From Calditrichaceae bacterium (GTDB taxonomy: Bacteria; Calditrichota; Calditrichia; Calditrichales; JBFXGD01): a stretch of DNA of 12,321 nucleotides. Location of the stretch: positions 1 through 12,321 of the forward strand of contig JBFXGD010000102.1 of assembly GCA_050178385.1 (NCBI GenBank), given 5' to 3'. Shown here in pieces: positions 7,475-12,321 of this stretch; the stretch's first letter is position 1, and each line of letters opens with the position of its first letter. Made by a program: the position numbers and the translations under genes. Under the pieces are notes generated by a model. It worked only from the letters and a program-made list of their open reading frames with translations. It was not told the DNA's origin and ran no database searches.

Positions 7475-8992
7475 ATGAACTATAAAAAGACAATAAGTGT
7501 GAGCAACGAGATAAGTGATAAAAATCTAAAGGGATCTTCGGGGAGCCCGTCTGTTCTTCTGACCGGCGCCAGCGGCTATGTCGGCGGCCGCCTTCTGGGA
7601 GATTTGGAGAACCTTGGATACCATGTGCGCTGTCTCGCCAGACGTCCGGAAGTTCTCAGTAAGTTAGCTGGTCCTTCCACAGAAGTTGTCCGCGGGGACG
7701 CTCTTGACCGCTCCAGTCTCGACAAACCGATGCGGGGAATAGACACGGCCTATTATCTGATTCATTCAATGGGTTCAAGCGGTTCCTTTGAAGAAGCCGA
7801 CCGCAGGGCAGCGTTGAATTTCGGTCAGGCGGCCAGGGATGCCGGAGTAAAACGCATCATCTATCTCGGCGGACTGGGCAGCGATGAGGAAGCGCTTTCG
7901 ACCCATCTTCGCAGCCGTCAGGAAGTCGGAAAGATCTTACAGAAATCCGGCGTGCCGGTTCTTGAGTTTCGCGCCTCAATTGTTATTGGTTCAGGCAGTC
8001 TCTCATTTGAGATGATCCGCTCGCTGGTTGAAAGACTGCCGGTGATGATCACACCCCGCTGGGTTAAGGTACCGGCGCAGCCAATCGCGATCGATGATCT
8101 GCTGGAATACCTGGTCTCCGCTCTTAAACTTCCTGTCTCTGAATACCGTATTTATGAGATCGGTGGGGCGGATCAGGTAACCTACGCCGATATTATGCAG
8201 GTGTACGCCCGTCAACGCAATCTGCGGCTTCGGATGATCCCTGTCCCCGTATTAACTCCATATCTGTCCAGCCTGTGGCTGGGACTGGTTACGCCGCTTT
8301 ACGCCCGCATCGGCCGCAAACTTATCGAGTCCATCGTTCATTCCACAGTGGTCAGGGATAGTTCGGCTCTGAAAATTCTTCCGGTGCGGCCAATTGGTGT
8401 GGAAGAAAGCGTTCGCCGAGCGCTCGCCAGCGATGAAAAAGATTACGCGGAAACACGCTGGTCCGATGCCTTATCCTCCGCGGGAGAGTTACCGTCTTGG
8501 GGAGGTGTACAGTTCGGTTCACGGCTTATTGATTCCCGGACAATGAGTGTCGATGCATCACCTGAATCCGCCTTCAAACCCATTCAGAGAATCGGCGGGG
8601 AAACCGGCTGGTACGCCTGGAACTGGCTTTGGCAGTTACGTGGCTTCATGGATCTGCTCATGGGCGGCGTGGGCATGAGACGAGGACGGCCGCATCCCAA
8701 AAACCTGCGCGTCGGTGATACGGTGGACTTCTGGCGCGTCGAAGTATTTGAAGCGAACAAACGGCTGCGGCTCTCGGCAGAGATGAAATTACCCGGACGG
8801 GCATGGCTGGAATTCGATGTCACAAACGACGGCTCAGCAGCCACTATTCGTCAAACCGCGATTTTTGATCCGGTGGGGTTGCCCGGAAGAGCCTATTGGT
8901 ACGCGCTTTATCCGCTTCATCAGTTGGTGTTTACCGGGATGCTGAAGGGAATCGCCAACGCGGCAATCTCCGAACTGAATCAACCCGGATAA
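7475..8992 (+). CDS. YbjT-like atypical SDR / NAD(P)-binding oxidoreductase with C-terminal DUF2867 domain
   Basis: VLLTGASGYVGG Rossmann motif, AYYLIHSM, IYLGGLG, HLRSR, RASIVIGSGSLSFE, QPIAIDD. C-terminal IGGETGWY, GVGMRRGR, GD.VDFWRVE, AEMKLPGRAWLEF, G.AYWYALYP.H. The exact start is uncertain. Confidence 0.9.
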   Translation: MNYKKTISVSNEISDKNLKGSSGSPSVLLTGASGYVGGRLLGDLENLGYHVRCLARRPEVLSKLAGPSTEVVRGDALDRSSLDKPMRGIDTAYYLIHSMGSSGSFEEADRRAALNFGQAARDAGVKRIIYLGGLGSDEEALSTHLRSRQEVGKILQKSGVPVLEFRASIVIGSGSLSFEMIRSLVERLPVMITPRWVKVPAQPIAIDDLLEYLVSALKLPVSEYRIYEIGGADQVTYADIMQVYARQRNLRLRMIPVPVLTPYLSSLWLGLVTPLYARIGRKLIESIVHSTVVRDSSALKILPVRPIGVEESVRRALASDEKDYAETRWSDALSSAGELPSWGGVQFGSRLIDSRTMSVDASPESAFKPIQRIGGETGWYAWNWLWQLRGFMDLLMGGVGMRRGRPHPKNLRVGDTVDFWRVEVFEANKRLRLSAEMKLPGRAWLEFDVTNDGSAATIRQTAIFDPVGLPGRAYWYALYPLHQLVFTGMLKGIANAAISELNQPG

Positions 8993-9290
8993 ATTTGAAG
9001 TGAGAGTTATTTCGCGGCCTTCATTCTCCCTTCAACCAATAAAAGCACAAAAAGAATTTTTTCTGTTTCATGATATTTCCGAATTAAATCTTTTGAATTC
9101 AGACAATTTTATTATTGAACAAAAACAGATAATCTCTTAAAATATAACAATTAACCCATCATTGAATATTTTCGGCATAAATTTTCTGATTTTGCCTTTT
9201 TGCATAATATTGAAATCAACATCTCAATACAGTGGGATGGTAATCTAAATTTTTGTAATCAAAACATTTAAAATCAGGAGCGGGAAAATC

Positions 9291-9968
9291 ATGGAAGAAA
9301 CTCTGAAAACAAGCTGGCCGGAATTCCTTAAAACACTTAAAACAGACATTCTACCCTTATATGATGCTCATGAGAAGACATTCGATTTTCAAATGATTCA
9401 CGGACGCATGCATATTTCGCGGGCGTTGATTTTCTCTGAATTTATGTGCCGGTATTATTACAGAAATACGGATCTTACGCCTGATGCAAGCCGTGTAAGG
9501 TTTGCTGTTGCCTTTCATGACTCCGGACGCAGAGGTAACGGCCCGGACTTCTGGGAATCAGACAGCGCTCAGATGTGTATCGATTATCTCAGGGCAAACA
9601 ATTACGCGGATAGCGCCAAAGAGACAGGACTGCTGATTATGAAGCACGGCGTGGGTGATTGGGGCCTGGATAAACGTATCGTTCACGACGCGGATGTTCT
9701 GGAAATTATGCGGCCCTGCTGTGGTCATATGGGGCGGAAAGGTTTCCGGGAAAGCGCTCTCCGTTTTTTGGGGAACCGCGATGTGAAATCGGTTTACAAC
9801 CGGGAAATAAGGGATGTATTGATAGAAGAGGCATGGCAGTTTATCCAAAAAACGGAAGATCTGAAATCAGGCTTGCGGGAATCTGAAGATTACATGAATG
9901 ATGTTTTAAACACGCTTCGCGCCGAAAGTGAAAAATGGCCATTGCTGGCTGATTATATCCTGGATTGA
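9291..9968 (+). CDS. HD-superfamily metal-dependent phosphohydrolase
   Basis: 225 aa with SD AGGAG upstream. Contains HGRMHISR, AVAFHDSGR and IVHDADVLEIMR, i.e. the H...HD...D metal-ligand series. Confidence 0.82.
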   Translation: MEETLKTSWPEFLKTLKTDILPLYDAHEKTFDFQMIHGRMHISRALIFSEFMCRYYYRNTDLTPDASRVRFAVAFHDSGRRGNGPDFWESDSAQMCIDYLRANNYADSAKETGLLIMKHGVGDWGLDKRIVHDADVLEIMRPCCGHMGRKGFRESALRFLGNRDVKSVYNREIRDVLIEEAWQFIQKTEDLKSGLRESEDYMNDVLNTLRAESEKWPLLADYILD

Positions 9969-10119
9969 CATAAGTTTTTATGATTATCTTTGGCCCATGA
10001 AACAAATCAGCGCAGATCCGGTTAAATTTATACTGTTAAAATTATTTGTATTTGGAAATTTAATCATATAATATTACGTATCAATTAGATATACGATAAA
10101 TGCTGAAAGGCTGGTAGCA

Positions 10120-10392
10120 ATGGAATTTTTATTGGTTCCGATCATATTTGCCGTCGCGCTCCTGCTGCTTTCACTGGGAAAATTGATGGGTGGGAAGGAA
10201 GTTCACACATCCTGCAGCGCCGGTAGTCATATAGAGGGCGTGGATGCCTGTGGTTCCTGCGATACCGAGAGTGTCAAGTTTTACACATCCGAAAAAGATC
10301 CCGGATTTGAAAATGTGGCCAAACTGGGTAATCCGAATCGTAAAACGCGCTTTATCGATAAATTGGATTTTAAGCCGGAACGGTTTAATTAG
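10120..10392 (+). CDS. Small single-TM Cys-containing protein, NqrM-like (Na+-NQR maturation factor-like)
   Basis: N-terminal TM helix, then G-x4-K-x-V-x2-SC (compare the NqrM K.IKGSCGG motif), then CGSC. Adjacent to apbE. Divergent from the canonical motif, so no symbol is assigned. Confidence 0.6.
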   Translation: MEFLLVPIIFAVALLLLSLGKLMGGKEVHTSCSAGSHIEGVDACGSCDTESVKFYTSEKDPGFENVAKLGNPNRKTRFIDKLDFKPERFN

Positions 10393-10410
10393 GTGATTTA
10401 AGTTAAATTT

Positions 10411-10443
10411 AAAGGCCCTGCCCCATGAGCAGGGTTTTTTTTT
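10411..10443 (+). terminator. Rho-independent terminator between the convergent genes, possibly bidirectional
   Basis: Stem AAAGGCCCTGC / GCAGGGTTTTT (two G-U pairs) with a 7-nt loop, then a run of 9 T (10435-10443) overlapping the apbE stop codon. Confidence 0.85.
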
Positions 10444-11467
10444 ATTTATCACCGGCATTCAGATAATAATTGAATCCCGAACTTAAAACTTCTCTGAACT
10501 GATCACCTTCCCTGATAATGATCATCGCTTCCACATTTGCTTTGGACTCAACCCATTGAAGCCCTTTGTCAGTACCCATTACCATTATGGCCGTAGCCAT
10601 CGCATCCGCCAGCATACAATCCGGGGCAATGACGGTAACGGAGGCGACACCGTTAATGATTGGTCTGGCCGTTACGGGATCTATCGTATGTGAATAGACC
10701 TTTTCTTCCGAAACAAAATAATTCCGGTAATCACCGCTGGTAGCCATTCCGGCATTACTCACATGAATGACAGCTTCCAGCTCCCTGCCGGGAACCTGAT
10801 TATATTTTGGGCGATCAACACCAATTTTCCATTTATTTTCCCCGTTCAGTCCCTGAACAACTACTTCCCCGCCAATCTCAACCATGAAGTTTTTAAATCC
10901 TTTGCCGGCAATTAAGTCAGCAACCATATCCACACCATAACCCTTGGCGATGGCGCTAAAATCGAGTTCCGTTTCCGGATTCAGTTTGGATATCAGTGTG
11001 TCACCGACAATTTTAATCAGATTGATCCCGATCATCTTTTTAACGGCTTCAACTTCCTGTTCCGAGGGAGGACTGTCACGACGCCCTTTTTTCCCGAACC
11101 CCCAAAGATCAACGAGCGGGGCCACGGTCACATCAAACGCGCCGCCTGATTCCCCGCTTATCTGAATAGCAGTTTGCAAAACCCGGACAAATGACCTGGA
11201 AACGACAAACGGTTCCGTCGATTCAAATTTGTTAAAACGTGAAATCTCACTATCCGGTTTGTAAGTGGACATCTGCCAATTGATTTCGGCCAGGAGCGCG
11301 TCCACTTCTTGTTTAATTGGCTCAACCATTTCAGCATCCGCGGTCTCATCAGCTATCTTTACATGATAGGTGGTACCCATGGTCTGACCGCTGAATTGTA
11401 TCGGTTCTCTTTGTGAACATCCTGAAACAGCAGCGAAAGCGATTATGAGAAAGATCCATCTATTCAT
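10442..11467 (-). CDS. apbE: FAD:protein FMN transferase ApbE (lipoprotein)
   Basis: GQTMGTTY, MSTYKPDSEISRFN, GAFDVTVAPLVDLWGFG, LDFSAIAKGYGVD, VEIGGE, ATSGDYRNY, SHTIDP, SVTVIA..CMLADAMATA. Likely start ATG at 11467 (MNRWIFLIIAFAAVSG|C lipoprotein signal, AGGT upstream); alternative ATG at 11494. Confidence 0.95.
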   Translation of the reverse strand: MNRWIFLIIAFAAVSGCSQREPIQFSGQTMGTTYHVKIADETADAEMVEPIKQEVDALLAEINWQMSTYKPDSEISRFNKFESTEPFVVSRSFVRVLQTAIQISGESGGAFDVTVAPLVDLWGFGKKGRRDSPPSEQEVEAVKKMIGINLIKIVGDTLISKLNPETELDFSAIAKGYGVDMVADLIAGKGFKNFMVEIGGEVVVQGLNGENKWKIGVDRPKYNQVPGRELEAVIHVSNAGMATSGDYRNYFVSEEKVYSHTIDPVTARPIINGVASVTVIAPDCMLADAMATAIMVMGTDKGLQWVESKANVEAMIIIREGDQFREVLSSGFNYYLNAGDK

Positions 11468-11668
11468 ATTTTTACCTGTGATTTTGTTGGACATTTTCGA
11501 AAAACATCGTTAAAAAGTCGGTATAGATTATTCTGAATTAATAGAAAATCATGACATGTCTCAGTTCGGGTATAAGGGTAATGTTTTGAATTTACGAAAT
11601 ACTTTTTTAAATACAATATCCGGTTTGTCCATTCTAAATTTCACTTTGCCGCATCTGCAACTGATTTG

Positions 11669-12043
11669 TTAATCAATTATAACAATGGGGTCGTAATGAC
11701 ACCACGCCCCGGTGTAGGCATCGATAAACATGGGATACACTCCGCTGATGAAATCAACAAATCCCCAGAAAAAACCTATTTTCCGGTGCATCATTATGGT
11801 TTTCTCCTGATTCTTATATTTAAGGGTCAGGATATGATCCGAGTTTGATCTTAAATTAATTTTCACCTTAGAGGTATCCGAATGATCGGCATAGGTTTTT
11901 ATTTTGATATTATTTTGATCAACAATCACCAGATCAGCAGGCGCGTTTTTGATTTCGACCTTATCAAAATATCCCTTCATCATTGTCGCGCAGTTGGTTA
12001 GAAAAAATGCAGATATGATCAGAAACAAAGTTGTACGTTTCAT
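11669..12043 (-). CDS. Small hypothetical lipoprotein (CAT..G N-terminus, PEGA-like beta domain, hydrophobic C-terminal hairpin)
   Basis: SD GGGAG lies about 6 nt before ATG 12043 (alternative ATG at 12055). Signal MKRTTLFLIISAFFLTN|CATMMKG. C-terminal FFWGFVDFISGVYPMFIDAYTGAW resembles the 'IDxxTGA' lipoprotein family as I recall it. Confidence 0.75.
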   Translation of the reverse strand: MKRTTLFLIISAFFLTNCATMMKGYFDKVEIKNAPADLVIVDQNNIKIKTYADHSDTSKVKINLRSNSDHILTLKYKNQEKTIMMHRKIGFFWGFVDFISGVYPMFIDAYTGAWCHYDPIVIID

Positions 12044-12231
12044 TTTAGCTCCCATGGTTAAAGTCTTAGAGGATATTCATAGTACACAAAGCCACCTAAT
12101 ATGCCAAAAATCCGAAAGTCCTGTACTATGGAAACTCCCCGGACAGATGAAGTTTTATTTTAATACCCAAACCAGCTGTCATACAATAATTGTCAGCTAT
12201 TGATTTCTTTGTAAAAATTATTAATATATAA

Positions 12232-12253
12232 ACCCCGCCGTTAACGGCGGGGT
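12232..12253. terminator. Perfect 22-bp GC-rich palindrome, probable terminator of a minus-strand transcript entering from the right
   Basis: ACCCCGCCGTT|AACGGCGGGGT is its own reverse complement. On the minus strand it is followed by an AT-rich tract (TTATATATTAATAATTTTT). Confidence 0.6.
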
Positions 12254-12321
12254 ATAAATGAAAACCTGTCTCTACGAGCCGATCGCGCAAATCACTCAAA
12301 AAAAGGCAGGTTTTCTTATTT

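Noticed and set aside
7406..7477. The methyltransferase and the ybjT-like gene are in the same frame, separated only by two TGA codons (7406, 7469), with an imperfect hairpin after the first: possible readthrough or selenocysteine fusion
   Set aside because: It would need two readthrough events. Both proteins look complete, the TGAs are not at Cys-like positions, the hairpin is not a convincing SECIS, Trp is encoded by TGG, and a shared frame occurs by chance one time in three.
9021..9071. Short minus-strand ORF MKQKKFFLCFYWLKGE, initially resembling a signal-peptide remnant
   Set aside because: Only 16 codons with a weak SD, and it looks signal-like only if a frameshift is assumed.
10046..10072. 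TTGTAT...TATAAT upstream of the nqrM-like gene
   Set aside because: The spacer is 15 nt and the context is very AT-rich. Plausible but not supportable.
12090..12108. Sigma54-like TTGGCA...GGCT on the minus strand
   Set aside because: The spacing is 11 nt and the -12 element is poor.
257..12203. Remaining short ORFs in the track (e.g. 257-439, 695-877, 2448-2708, 2915-3190, 3637-3903, 8003-8215, 9558-9848, 10171-10458, 10944-11165, 11949-12203)
   Set aside because: They overlap well-supported genes in other frames or strands and have no recognisable motifs.
1..12321. CRISPR arrays, tRNA/rRNA, known riboswitches, transposases/integrases, defence-system genes
   Set aside because: None seen by eye: no regularly spaced repeats, cloverleafs or DDE/recombinase motifs. 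An Rfam, CRISPR and DefenseFinder scan would be needed to exclude them formally.

Overview
A gene-dense bacterial window with 12 protein-coding loci and no rRNA, tRNA, CRISPR array or transposase that I can see. Several lipoproteins and a probable outer-membrane beta-barrel point to a diderm organism; an FCB or Calditrichota-like lineage is only a guess. In order: 5'-truncated diaminopropionate ammonia-lyase (dpaL); three AT-rich secreted/envelope genes (beta-sheet lipoprotein, small OM beta-barrel, BsuPI-like lipoprotein); a more GC-rich block (Cu+/Ag+ P1B-1 ATPase, a C-terminal remnant of a Dps-like thioferritin, a class I SAM methyltransferase, a YbjT-like SDR+DUF2867 protein); an HD-superfamily phosphohydrolase; an NqrM-like Cys-containing membrane protein convergent on the flavin transferase ApbE; a small minus-strand lipoprotein; and a cluster of hairpins at the right end. 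I cannot support a clearly new multi-gene system. The best leads are the HD protein with a motif layout like the SidE/Dup phosphodiesterase domain, the nqrM-like/apbE pair in tail-to-tail orientation without nqr genes in view, a candidate ATC start codon, and the truncated dpsL marking a rearrangement junction. All family assignments come from motif recognition, not database searches.
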